Shown here piece after piece: positions 17,821 through 27,441 of a stretch of 64,000 nucleotides of DNA. Where the stretch lies: IMG/VR virus record IMGVR_UViG_3300031555_001469; one strand, given 5' to 3'. Below the pieces are notes generated by a model, which searched no databases, was not told the DNA's origin, and was given only the letters and a program-made list of their open reading frames with translations. The position numbers and the translations under genes are program-made. Source of the DNA: a virus (taxonomy: Duplodnaviria; Caudoviricetes). Each line of letters opens with the position of its first letter. Position 1 is the first letter of the stretch.

Positions 17821-18296
17821 ATCACCGCAAACCTTTCTTTATCTAAATCAAGATAATACAATCCTTGAAGTGTAAATGTAGAATCTTTTGTGTAGGCAAA
17901 ATCTTCTACGTCACCAAGAACCTGACCATTGAATCCATATCTCTGCTGAATAAATTTAAGAACGCTCTCTACGAATAATTCATTATATTCATCTGCTACA
18001 TCCGAGATACAGAATACATCATATCCTTGGTACAGATTATACATTATCTTCATAATATCAGTAAAAGCGGCTTCATTTGACATCAAATAATTTGCATAAG
18101 CTATATCAAACATTCTTTCATCATTTAACTGCATTGGAGATACAGTAATTTGACTTGATGAAGGAGTTAAATTTTTGAGATATTCTATATGCTTACCGCC
18201 CATAAACATACTTCCTATATTATATAAAAAGCATGGCTTACCATAATTAGCGACGACCGGCATTATTACATCCGGCCGCCCTATTAACAACCTCAT
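17796..18296 (-). CDS. conserved hypothetical protein
   Basis: Overlap-coupled in an early operon; weak similarity to 18293..18940 (F...Y.NYLMS.E/DAA). Confidence 0.7.
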   Translation of the reverse strand: MRLLIGRPDVIMPVVANYGKPCFLYNIGSMFMGGKHIEYLKNLTPSSSQITVSPMQLNDERMFDIAYANYLMSNEAAFTDIMKIMYNLYQGYDVFCISDVADEYNELFVESVLKFIQQRYGFNGQVLGDVEDFAYTKDSTFTLQGLYYLDLDKERFAVICQNYGIT

Positions 18297-18940
18297 GGCT
18301 TATCAGCAGAAAACTTAATTGGGGATACTCTTTCTAATAAGTGTCCATTAAGATGCTGCTGATCCCAAAGCATTGCTGTAAAGTTGATGAGTTGAACAGG
18401 ATCATAGAAAAGATCATAATCGATACCAACTTTATGAGCAATTGATTCAAATAACTTAAGGTCTCTTGGTACCTCTGCTAAGAACTCACTTAATGTGATC
18501 ACATCCGCCATATAACAGCACTGATTAATACATATCTGTGCATTAGGCAATAAAACGAATGGTCTGTTCTGAGTTCCTACTACTATACCAAAAGCTCCAG
18601 CCATATATTCTAAAAGAATTTCAATGAATAATTGAGCTTCGTCTTTAGGTACAAATAATGTAATATTAATACCCTGCAATAAAGCTCTACCAATTATTGC
18701 TATAAGTGTACAAGCCGCATCTGTAGACATGAGATAGTTTACATATTCCATTTTGAATCTATTCATATCTCCATCAACCTGTGCAAGCATAGCCTGGTAT
18801 GGAGGCATCAATACAGAAGCCTCCACAACCTGTATAGCATTACCAAAAGGATTTCCTTCGGTAATAGATACAATTCTGCTTTGATAAGCAAGATTTGGTA
18901 TCATATTATGGTCAGTTACTAAATAACAAGTTCCTACCAT
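18293..18940 (-). CDS. conserved hypothetical protein
   Basis: GGAGG SD; FKMEYVNYLMSTDAA motif shared with the downstream gene. Confidence 0.7.
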   Translation of the reverse strand: MVGTCYLVTDHNMIPNLAYQSRIVSITEGNPFGNAIQVVEASVLMPPYQAMLAQVDGDMNRFKMEYVNYLMSTDAACTLIAIIGRALLQGINITLFVPKDEAQLFIEILLEYMAGAFGIVVGTQNRPFVLLPNAQICINQCCYMADVITLSEFLAEVPRDLKLFESIAHKVGIDYDLFYDPVQLINFTAMLWDQQHLNGHLLERVSPIKFSADKP

Positions 18941-18953
18941 AAATTCTCACCTC

Positions 18954-20282
18954 CTAGTAGTCAGAAAGGGACTGCTTTCTCTTTTGAATCTTTTCTCCAG
19001 AAGAACTCTTCTTTCCCTTCTTACCCTTACCAGATACAGCCTTTTCATAGTATTCATCATATGCATCAGTATACTCAACTGGTTCAGCTACTTCTGGTTC
19101 TGGAGTAGCTACCTTTTCAGGTTCTACAGTTGGTTCAACCATCATATCTTCCTTAGATGGTTCTTCAACCTTTTCTTCCTTTGCAGGAGCTGTAGGTCTA
19201 ATAGGCTTAGCTGCAGAATCAGCCTTAACGAATCTTCCGCCCTGTCCTCTAGCTGGCTTAGTCTTTTCTTCCTTAGCCTTTTCTTCCTTAGCGCTAGGTA
19301 CCTGTACCTTAGCTGCCTTTTCCGGTTCTCTGTAAACAGTAGTTGACTTGGTAACAATTTCTTTACCATTCTCTGTAACAGATACCAGAATCTTTCTGTT
19401 TCTGATTTCTTCCTTAGCCTTTGGCGCAGGCTTCTTGATTGTGTCGGAGACTCTATTTACATTAATCTCCTTGCCATTTTCCTTCACTACTACGTTCAAC
19501 ATGTTAGTTCCTCCTTTAATTAAAATTAAACCTTCATTCCGTTTGTCTTCAAGATCCTTTGCAGAGTATTTCTTTCCACAACAACGGCATACTAAATAGT
19601 TAAAACCATCGTCATAATCTATTTCACCACCGCATACAGGTTCTTTTGTATTCGGGAATATAGGTCTATTACACATGAGTTTCCTACCATCCAATTTATA
19701 CATATATGGATAGTCTAATAAACAGATACCGAATCCTACTCTAATTCCATAGTTATTAAAGAACTTAGATCCAATATCTTCTAATACATATTTGCCTACA
19801 ATACACTTTGTAATCAAATCAAAAGTATCTTCGTATACATAGGCAAATTCTTCAATTGAGTTTATAGGCTCAATTCTTTCAAATACTCCGACGGTTCCAC
19901 ATGGAGAAACATCGAAGCACTTTGTTACAAATGGTTTAAGCTCGAATTGGTTTCTGAATTCTCTTGGATTATCATTCATCCCAACACGATCTACTGCAAC
20001 TTTACAAACAATATGTGGTAACTCATAATGAGTATAAACGACTCTATTAGTTCCAGCATGGAATCTCATAAAACCATTTCTTACCATAATATCATTTATC
20101 ATTTCTTTTTTCTTAACTATATTTCCATTCAGCTTAATGCTAGTAGCTATCTTTCTTAACTCTTCTACATCAGCTGGTGGTATAAGTTGATACACTGCAG
20201 GACCGAATAACGAGTCCCACTGAAATTCTAAAGCGGATTTCTTTTGCCCATACAAAACTGTCATTGCATCTGCTCTAGCCAT
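18954..20282 (-). CDS. protein kinase-like protein with Zn ribbon and charged disordered tail
   Basis: HAGTNRVVY P-loop, VCKVA, NPREF alphaC, EDIGSKFFNNYG catalytic loop, LLDY; CN...CGG...CRCCG; E/K/P-rich C-terminus. Confidence 0.7.
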   Translation of the reverse strand: MARADAMTVLYGQKKSALEFQWDSLFGPAVYQLIPPADVEELRKIATSIKLNGNIVKKKEMINDIMVRNGFMRFHAGTNRVVYTHYELPHIVCKVAVDRVGMNDNPREFRNQFELKPFVTKCFDVSPCGTVGVFERIEPINSIEEFAYVYEDTFDLITKCIVGKYVLEDIGSKFFNNYGIRVGFGICLLDYPYMYKLDGRKLMCNRPIFPNTKEPVCGGEIDYDDGFNYLVCRCCGKKYSAKDLEDKRNEGLILIKGGTNMLNVVVKENGKEINVNRVSDTIKKPAPKAKEEIRNRKILVSVTENGKEIVTKSTTVYREPEKAAKVQVPSAKEEKAKEEKTKPARGQGGRFVKADSAAKPIRPTAPAKEEKVEEPSKEDMMVEPTVEPEKVATPEPEVAEPVEYTDAYDEYYEKAVSGKGKKGKKSSSGEKIQKRKQSLSDY

Positions 20283-20295
20283 TACTACAATCCTC

Positions 20296-21246
20296 CTATC
20301 CGCCTAATATAGCACTGAAGAATTTAGCTTTTCGTTCACTATATGACCTTGCCAAATTCTCAGGTAATGTAACTTCTAAATCATCAGTAGAAATATCATT
20401 AGGGTCAAAATTCATTATGCTACTATAATAACTTCCACTTGTATTATGCAGATTTAATAAATGCTGGAAATTTCCTTGATTGTATACCCTATTAACTTCT
20501 CTTTCTTGCTGATATCCTCTTGCAGCTTTCGCCTCACAATATAATTCTCCAGCTCTTTCTAAGAATTCAAATAATGACATATCATCAGGATAATTTTCTT
20601 TCATCTGAGCCATACGAGTATTATTATTCTGATTCATTCTTGAAATCTGGGTTGATACATTATCTTGCTGCTGACTTAATTGTTCAAGTCGTTGCATACG
20701 CTGCCAATGCTGTTCGCACTGTATTTCTTTTTGGTCTACGTAGTATGGGTCATATTGACTTAAATATTCATCATCGACCTCTACGCCCAAATAACTATTT
20801 ACGTTTCTTGAAATCATTTTCATGATAGAAGCCTGCTGTTTCATAGCTTCTTCTTCTTGCATTCTCTGCAATTCCATCTGTCGCTGAATTAAATATGGAT
20901 TAGCGCCATAATAATTATTTGTATAGTATCCACCTACCATAGGCTGCGACTGATAACCATATCCATAACTCTGTTGTGGGTTATATTGAGCAAACGCACC
21001 ACCTGCAATAGGCTGTTGCAAATACTGCTCAAAACCAGAACCTCCAACAGGCTGTTGCTGTTGATTCATATAAGGATTATATCCTGTATAAGTAGTTTGC
21101 TGCATATATGGATTATATCCATAATTAGCAGGTTGATTATATCCATACCCACCGACATTAGCGATTGGAGTAGGAGGTACAGGATATCCCATACCTCCGT
21201 TGTATCCAATACTATTTGCGATAGGCGACTGATTTGCGAACATCAT
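20296..21246 (-). CDS. protein with Q/N/Y/G/P-rich prion-like N-terminus
   Basis: First ~120 aa almost free of charged residues, with GYNPY(M) repeats; early promoter at 21277-21291. Confidence 0.75.
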   Translation of the reverse strand: MMFANQSPIANSIGYNGGMGYPVPPTPIANVGGYGYNQPANYGYNPYMQQTTYTGYNPYMNQQQQPVGGSGFEQYLQQPIAGGAFAQYNPQQSYGYGYQSQPMVGGYYTNNYYGANPYLIQRQMELQRMQEEEAMKQQASIMKMISRNVNSYLGVEVDDEYLSQYDPYYVDQKEIQCEQHWQRMQRLEQLSQQQDNVSTQISRMNQNNNTRMAQMKENYPDDMSLFEFLERAGELYCEAKAARGYQQEREVNRVYNQGNFQHLLNLHNTSGSYYSSIMNFDPNDISTDDLEVTLPENLARSYSERKAKFFSAILGG

Positions 21247-21307
21247 AATCGCCTAGCCTCCTTAATCTTATTTATTCATTAGTATAATATATAACTAATG
21301 AATTTGT

Positions 21308-22138
21308 TTAGAATTCATAATTATCATCATTATCTCTATGATAAGTACGATCTAAGTTTTTCCTAACTTCAGGATTGAATTTAAATTCGACGCCAAGGTT
21401 ATCATAATTTCTCTTAGTATCTACATCAAATTCGATAACTTTATTAGTACGTTCAACTTCTTCAGGCTCAAGGAAAATCTCGCCTAATAAGTTTTCTGTC
21501 TTGTAAGCTTCATCATACTGACCAATCTCTTCGACGAGATCTTCATTATGATAACTCATTGCTCTTAATGCTGTCATCTCATTATGGTATCCTACCAAAT
21601 GATGAATGATAATATTCGAGCAGTTAGCTACAATTCTGTTTAAGTACTCTACAATCTCTGTGGCTTCTTCTGGAGAACTATGTCTACCAAAGATAGCATA
21701 TTTGTAAAGAGATGCATACATTTTGCAGCAAAGCATATGTGATAATGCTCCTATATCAGTTAAACTGCAAATTCTTGCGTTTACAGGAATATATGAAAAT
21801 TCATGTAAATCAACCTTATCATAATCGATAAGACCGGAATTGATACATGTGTTTAATGCAGACATAAATACATCTGTTAACAGGAACTGTAATTTGTCAT
21901 ATGCTGCCCCGCACATGTTGTTATAAAGTTTTGTCCATCCACCCTTTTCTTCTAATGATGTGGAAACATCACCCATATAAATTCCCATTGAATTAAATGG
22001 TGTTTCGTGTCTAACGACACCACCCTGACCGATAAGAATATTAGGACTTAATGCTCTAACCGGTACAATCTTTTCTACTGTTTTTGGAAGGGTTTCTTCC
22101 TTCTGTGCTGTAAGATTTCTTCTCATTAATTTACTCAT
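21308..22138 (-). CDS. hypothetical protein
   Basis: GGAGG SD; 276 aa. Confidence 0.7.
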   Translation of the reverse strand: MSKLMRRNLTAQKEETLPKTVEKIVPVRALSPNILIGQGGVVRHETPFNSMGIYMGDVSTSLEEKGGWTKLYNNMCGAAYDKLQFLLTDVFMSALNTCINSGLIDYDKVDLHEFSYIPVNARICSLTDIGALSHMLCCKMYASLYKYAIFGRHSSPEEATEIVEYLNRIVANCSNIIIHHLVGYHNEMTALRAMSYHNEDLVEEIGQYDEAYKTENLLGEIFLEPEEVERTNKVIEFDVDTKRNYDNLGVEFKFNPEVRKNLDRTYHRDNDDNYEF

Positions 22139-22180
22139 TTTATACGCCTCCGTTTTTATTATTATATAAAAGTTTTTGGT

Positions 22181-22885
22181 TTAGTTAGAATTAACCAAAA
22201 GCCTCTTATATCTAGCTATTGCATCGCTTGGAAGGATGCATTTGATTGGGTTGATAACCTCGCTAACAGGCTCAGGAACATAGGTATCCAGTACCTTACC
22301 TGTAAGCACATCAACTTTGTCATTAAACTGTGCCATTAATTTAATCATATTCATATTATACACTTCTAATCTATTAGAAGAGTTGAATACTTTAATAGCA
22401 TTATTAGGGCCACCTGATTCATTTACATGCCCCTTGCAATGATATAAGTTAAACTTGATATTATTAGTAATCACGTATGAAATGATATGCCTAATAATAT
22501 CCTGATTCTTAACTCTTTCACCAGAGCTTGAAATCATATAACCTTCTTCGTCTAAATGCTTTACCCAACCAAATATCCAGTCTCTTAATCCGCAAACTGA
22601 GATCTTGCTATCACTGAATATATTGATTGTGTAAAAATTATCTTTGTATTTATTAGCTAATTGTAAAGCCAATAAGATTGCCGTTAATTCTCCTCTATTA
22701 TTAGTAGAGAATCTTAAACAGTCAAACTTGTCCTCAATGGCTGTTTGAAAGCCGTGCTCGTCTGTGACAACTGCTATAGCCCCAGGACAAGAAATCGTTT
22801 CTCCGTCCGGCATATTTTTAATAGAAGCATCACAGAAGATATTTAAAGTCTTTGGACTATAATAAAATATTCTATCTTTTTCCAT
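22181..22885 (-). CDS. rnhA: ribonuclease HI
   Basis: IFCDAS, STNNRGELTAI, IFSDSK, VKNQD, HCKGH, N..VD catalytic pattern. Confidence 0.9.
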   Translation of the reverse strand: MEKDRIFYYSPKTLNIFCDASIKNMPDGETISCPGAIAVVTDEHGFQTAIEDKFDCLRFSTNNRGELTAILLALQLANKYKDNFYTINIFSDSKISVCGLRDWIFGWVKHLDEEGYMISSSGERVKNQDIIRHIISYVITNNIKFNLYHCKGHVNESGGPNNAIKVFNSSNRLEVYNMNMIKLMAQFNDKVDVLTGKVLDTYVPEPVSEVINPIKCILPSDAIARYKRLLVNSN

Positions 22886-22902
22886 TAGAAAACATCCCCT
22901 TT

Positions 22903-23340
22903 CTATTTATGGTATACGATCATTACACGATCAAATAGCCATGAATCTAAATCCATTATAACATCAGAATTTATAGGTGCTATATATCTAGATCCATTCA
23001 TATAATATTCTACATGCTTGTCAGCAAATATTATATATTTACCTTCTTTATGATTATACATAAATTCGCCAACTGTCGTACGTTGTGGTATTTTTAATTT
23101 AGTGTATCCATATTCTTTGAGTATAGGAATTATGACATGTTTAGCTGAATTAAATAAAACATGTTTTTCTTTACCCATTTTAGATTGCAATTCATATACG
23201 TCATTAAATGACAATCCTGTAACTTTTGTGAGTGCTACTGTAGAACATAAGTTTGCATGTCTTTCATATTCACCACATTCAGTAACTCTTTTATACTTTA
23301 TTCCAAGTATATCCATATAAAATTTTTTATATCTATTCAT
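22903..23340 (-). CDS. hypothetical protein, possible papain-like Cys/His dyad
   Basis: LCSTVALTKVTG ... KHVEYY; early promoter at 23366-23380. Confidence 0.5.
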   Translation of the reverse strand: MNRYKKFYMDILGIKYKRVTECGEYERHANLCSTVALTKVTGLSFNDVYELQSKMGKEKHVLFNSAKHVIIPILKEYGYTKLKIPQRTTVGEFMYNHKEGKYIIFADKHVEYYMNGSRYIAPINSDVIMDLDSWLFDRVMIVYHK

Positions 23341-23410
23341 ATATTTGTACCCCTTTCGTGTTATTCATATTAATAATATATAAATAAAACGAATTTAGGA
23401 TTAAGGTAAA

Positions 23411-23436
23411 CCCTAGGTGAAAATTATCACCTAGGG
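23411..23436 (-). terminator. terminator hairpin
   Basis: CCCTAGGTGA-N6-TCACCTAGGG. Confidence 0.75.
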
Positions 23437-23443
23437 CTATATT

Positions 23444-23899
23444 TTACTTCTTCTTTTTAACTACCTTAATCTTTTCTTTCTTAAGCTTACCAAGAAGTTT
23501 AGCAACTCCCTTGAGTTCCTTTTCTTTCTTCTTGTCCTTCTTAGCAGCTTCTAAGAATGCGAAGAAATAATCTTCACTTTCTACAACTACAGTCATCTTA
23601 GAAGCATCAATATCATTACATTCGGCAATGTTACTAAGAGCCTCCTTAACTGTCTTAACCTGCTGAGAAACCATGTACTTAGATACATCGGACATCTCTA
23701 CATAATACACATCGTTATCCTCTACCACATTAACCATTTCCTGTGTATAGTTAATTTCAATAGGACAACACTCGATACCAGCAAATGCAGACTTTAATTC
23801 ACCAGAAATTGCATTTGTAAGTACGTTATCAACTTCAAAAGTTTCAGCCTTAGCTGCCTCTGCCATTAATTCCAGAGGACTTCCTAAAAGAACTGCCAT
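23444..23899 (-). CDS. late protein with acidic body and Lys-rich tail (possible internal head protein)
   Basis: Late promoter at 23925-23936; basic C-terminus after FLEAA. Confidence 0.6.
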   Translation of the reverse strand: MAVLLGSPLELMAEAAKAETFEVDNVLTNAISGELKSAFAGIECCPIEINYTQEMVNVVEDNDVYYVEMSDVSKYMVSQQVKTVKEALSNIAECNDIDASKMTVVVESEDYFFAFLEAAKKDKKKEKELKGVAKLLGKLKKEKIKVVKKKK

Positions 23900-23945
23900 A
23901 TTCGAAATCTCCTTTCATTTTAATTATTTTTATGTTTTAGGTTGA

Positions 23946-24728
23946 TTACTTCTCAACTATTCTAATCGGCTTAATTACGATAGAATTAGGTTGATAATCA
24001 TCCATTTGTCTGTTAGCATTTCTAATCTCTTCTAATCTACCTTTAAGAAGATTAGCTACATACTCTGCTGATGGTAATTCATATGCACCTGTTAAATCGG
24101 TGTATATGTAATTCTTTTCGAGTAATTCCATACCCTTAGATTCTTCATAAGTCTCTGTAGCGGACTCGATTCTTTCTAAGATATCAAGCTGTTCTGGAGA
24201 GAAGAAATCTTTGTATGCTTCTACAAAGTTCTTATAAGCACCATATACTTTAGTAGTAGGTACGAATAAGTACATATTGTGTACAAGCTCATGTACTGTT
24301 TCTGCCAAAGGGATTAATCCAACCCAACAGTTGTAGTGGATCCACATTACTTCTTTGGCTACAGATTCTACATCTAATGGTTCTCTATAAGCTTTACGCT
24401 TATTGAATACTACTATAACCATATCGAATAAAGTTATAGGGTCATGATGTATATGAATCTTAATCTTGGTAGAATCTATATTAGTAATATTCTTATAGAA
24501 ACTACACTTATTCATATTAAAGTTTTCTCTTAAGAAAGCTACCATTTTTCTATACTCAAAAGAAGTTCTAATGTTTCTCTCAATATCTGCAAAGTATCTC
24601 TTAAGATCTTTTTCATCATTGAGATCATAGTCTACTATGTCGTATTCTGGTAACTCTGATATTTTTACGAGATTTATATCATTTCTTTCCACATAATCTA
24701 TAGTGATTATATTTCCTGGATCTCTCAT
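23946..24728 (-). CDS. HNH-like (His-Me finger) protein, paralogue of 14233..14895
   Basis: C...IHIHHDPITLFDMV...LIPLAETVHELVH; late promoter at 24743-24754. Confidence 0.55.
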   Translation of the reverse strand: MRDPGNIITIDYVERNDINLVKISELPEYDIVDYDLNDEKDLKRYFADIERNIRTSFEYRKMVAFLRENFNMNKCSFYKNITNIDSTKIKIHIHHDPITLFDMVIVVFNKRKAYREPLDVESVAKEVMWIHYNCWVGLIPLAETVHELVHNMYLFVPTTKVYGAYKNFVEAYKDFFSPEQLDILERIESATETYEESKGMELLEKNYIYTDLTGAYELPSAEYVANLLKGRLEEIRNANRQMDDYQPNSIVIKPIRIVEK

Positions 24729-24786
24729 ATAAACACCTCCTTTATTAGTATGTGAAAAAATAAAAATGATTAAGCAAAAATTTAAA

Positions 24787-25395
24787 CCCAGTAAGAGATA
24801 ACTCTTACTGGGATTGTTTTAGGGGATCGGACTGGTTGCTTGGATTCAACCAGTCCTAAGCGTATGAATTTGGTTTTATAGTCAAATAACAATCTGCGCG
24901 ATTGATTGTTATTTTTGTGCTTGGGGTGTGTGGGAGCAGTTGGTGTGTGAACTACTCCCACGTCAATGTTTATAAATAACTAGCAAAAGCTAGATATCTA
25001 TCTATATATTTACTTGAATGTTGTGCTCTGGTTAAAAGCTAACCAGAGCACTATTTTTACTCCTATAATAGGAGATTGTTTCCCAGTCTAGGTAGGAGAC
25101 ACCCTAGACTAGATGGATTGGAAATATATGTTTCAAAATTGAGCTAACCAAGTGTTATTGGAATTTACGAATCATAGGAAAATAGATTAGCCCATCTTAT
25201 TATCTTGAGGAGAGGGCTGATTATTAAATCAGCCCGGGAAGTTATAACGACTAGTGCCTAGTTAGGCACTTAGATAATATCCTTTTTATTGGGCCACTGT
25301 ATCCCTACAGTAGCCCATCCACTAATAATGAATAAAGGAGATCTTCAACTATGATGTTGAAGTAGCGACACCAAGACAAGTCTCATCTTAATATC
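24787..25395 (-). ncRNA. putative large structured non-coding RNA (~610 nt, at least 13 hairpins)
   Basis: Early-type promoter at 25395-25409; ORF-free; GC-enriched stems with G-U pairs that form only on the minus strand; ends in terminator 24787-24812. Confidence 0.7.
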
Positions 25396-25460
25396 ACTAT
25401 TATTATATATGGTTATAAAGGCTTTTAAAATAAAAAATAATAGGGGTGATTAAACTACCC

Positions 25461-25709
25461 CTATATTTCGTGAAACATTGGTTTATGACGCTCATCATAA
25501 AACAATGTCTCAGCATCAATTCCTTTAACAAATAGCTCTCTTTGAGACTCGTTATGCCAGTCTACAAGAAACTCATCTGTTTCAGTTTTAATTTTAGCTC
25601 TAGTTGTACCCTCTGCAATGTACAATCTGATCGCTACTATGTAGCCATGGGTTGTTGGGTTATAAACTTCTCCGCCAACGTTTTCATTTACACCTAATGA
25701 AATCATCAT
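25461..25709 (-). CDS. hypothetical early protein
   Basis: Start reassigned to the ATG after AAGGAGG (25709); early promoter at 25739-25753. Confidence 0.7.
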   Translation of the reverse strand: MMISLGVNENVGGEVYNPTTHGYIVAIRLYIAEGTTRAKIKTETDEFLVDWHNESQRELFVKGIDAETLFYDERHKPMFHEI

Positions 25710-25812
25710 AATTAATACCTCCTTAGATATTATTATTTCATTATTATAATATATCATTAAGATTCTGAATTTGACATAAGTAAGAGGGTAGGTTTTACCC
25801 TACCCTTTAATA

Positions 25813-27117
25813 TTAAATATCTTCAGAAGCAATATCTTCCTGTTTATCTACAGTATTCAAAATAACCTCTTCAGATCCACCATCTTCAGAAACTTCGATT
25901 TCTTCTTCTACGGTATGAATCTTCTTAGTGAGGTGAGAATCTACGTCTGTGTAATCAGGAGATATTCTTGTTCCTAAATACATAGGATCAAGATACTTAT
26001 ATACATTAATAGTATTTAAACTTGCTCTAAAGCTATCCATTACAGCATTATCAATAACATCTGCATACTGCTTAATTTCAGGCTGAGCAGACTTATGAGT
26101 TCTAAGCTGTAAGAACTTCAATAAGTGTCTATACGTGAAAGTCATATAAACCTTACCAGATGCATAGTTCTGAGGGAGATATCCTCTAGCATCTTCTTTA
26201 TCAAGACCCTGTTCTCTAAGATCTTCATATATATCCATTAAAGCATCTCCAAGATCTTTTAAAGTAAAATATTCTTTGAATCGCTCAATAAAATAAGTTT
26301 TATCGGCTTCATACTTAGGTTTGAATTTATCTGGAGAATTGAACCCGTATTCTCTTAAGTCTACATATCTACCAGATTCCTGAGTAATACCATTTCTGTG
26401 TCTTGTGAGCTGCTGTGTAATAATACGGCTCATCTTATCAAATATGATTGTAACAGTCATCATATCCAGAAGATCATCAAATGTAAATACATCATACATC
26501 TTAGATGCTGCTTCATCGATATTATCTACATTGACAATTGTAACTCTATCATCTTCGACTTCTACCTTGTTACAATAGCCAGTAACTTCTGTTTCTTCAT
26601 CTGGATAATAACCGAATGAATGATCATTCATGATTCCATCCTGAATGAAATCTGCAAAATAACACTTATCTAAGTTCATATAGATCTGCGTTCTGATTGT
26701 GTCGAGTACTACATTAGTCATATCAAGCATATTTCTAAATGCTTCCTTATAACCTCTGATACTTCCTCCTACTAAAAGATAAATGTTTTCACCCTTTACT
26801 CTAGCTTTCTTATTAAGATACTGAGCAGCTGACATAAATGCTAAAACACTTTCCATCTCATGAGCAGGAAATACCATCTGAATTACCATATTACTGTGTT
26901 CAATAACAGATTCATGACCGGTTTTAATTCGCTTAGCGATATACTCACATTTCTCTGAGTATGTAGTATATCCCTTTGTTCCCCAGCACACTTTACATGC
27001 ATCCGCCACAATATTAATATTATCATTAGTTAAAATTGTTTCAGCTGCATAAACAGCCTTTCCTTTCACAATCTTTGATTTGTTACTCTTTTTTGTTAAA
27101 GCGTTAAATAAATTCAT
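25813..27117 (-). CDS. thyX: flavin-dependent thymidylate synthase (extended)
   Basis: GHESVIEH, SRIITQQLTRHRNGITQESGRY (ThyX motif), EDARGYLP, LRTHKSAQPEI. Confidence 0.92.
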   Translation of the reverse strand: MNLFNALTKKSNKSKIVKGKAVYAAETILTNDNINIVADACKVCWGTKGYTTYSEKCEYIAKRIKTGHESVIEHSNMVIQMVFPAHEMESVLAFMSAAQYLNKKARVKGENIYLLVGGSIRGYKEAFRNMLDMTNVVLDTIRTQIYMNLDKCYFADFIQDGIMNDHSFGYYPDEETEVTGYCNKVEVEDDRVTIVNVDNIDEAASKMYDVFTFDDLLDMMTVTIIFDKMSRIITQQLTRHRNGITQESGRYVDLREYGFNSPDKFKPKYEADKTYFIERFKEYFTLKDLGDALMDIYEDLREQGLDKEDARGYLPQNYASGKVYMTFTYRHLLKFLQLRTHKSAQPEIKQYADVIDNAVMDSFRASLNTINVYKYLDPMYLGTRISPDYTDVDSHLTKKIHTVEEEIEVSEDGGSEEVILNTVDKQEDIASEDI

Positions 27118-27197
27118 TTTATATTACCTCCTTCAAGTAATTAATAATAGGTTTAAAAGATAGTAATTTCCAATTAGTATAGAAATTGACATATGTG

Positions 27198-27352
27198 CTC
27201 CCGTATGATCCGGCTATCATACGGGAGTTTTTGAAAGGAAAAAATTATGAAAAAGTTTTATTTCTATATGTGTAACAAGCGAAAATACTATTAATGAAGA
27301 GAAATATTTTCTTAGCTTGGAGTTATGTAATAAGGGACACGCCCTTAGATTT
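27198..27352 (-). ncRNA. candidate late small RNA (~155 nt)
   Basis: AACAttaaaaTA promoter at 27352-27363; 5' hairpin TAAGGG/CCCTTA; 12-bp hairpin at 27198-27227; no sense ORF. Confidence 0.4.
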
Positions 27353-27403
27353 ATTTTAATGTTAAATAAAATTTTTTAATTTAGTTATTTATGATACGAT
27401 AAT

Positions 27404-27435
27404 AACTCCCGTAGTAAATAAATACTACGGGAGTT
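27404..27435 (-). terminator. terminator hairpin
   Basis: AACTCCCGTAGTA-N6-TACTACGGGAGTT after the beta gene. Confidence 0.8.
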
Positions 27436-27441
27436 GTATTC

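Noticed and set aside
24787-25395. CRISPR array or tRNA cluster
   Set aside because: The hairpins differ in sequence, with no repeat-spacer periodicity and no cloverleaf or T-loop (GTTCRA) motifs
25710-25757. Upstream ATG for the 98-aa ORF
   Set aside because: Overlaps the early promoter; the SD AAGGAGG points to ATG 25709
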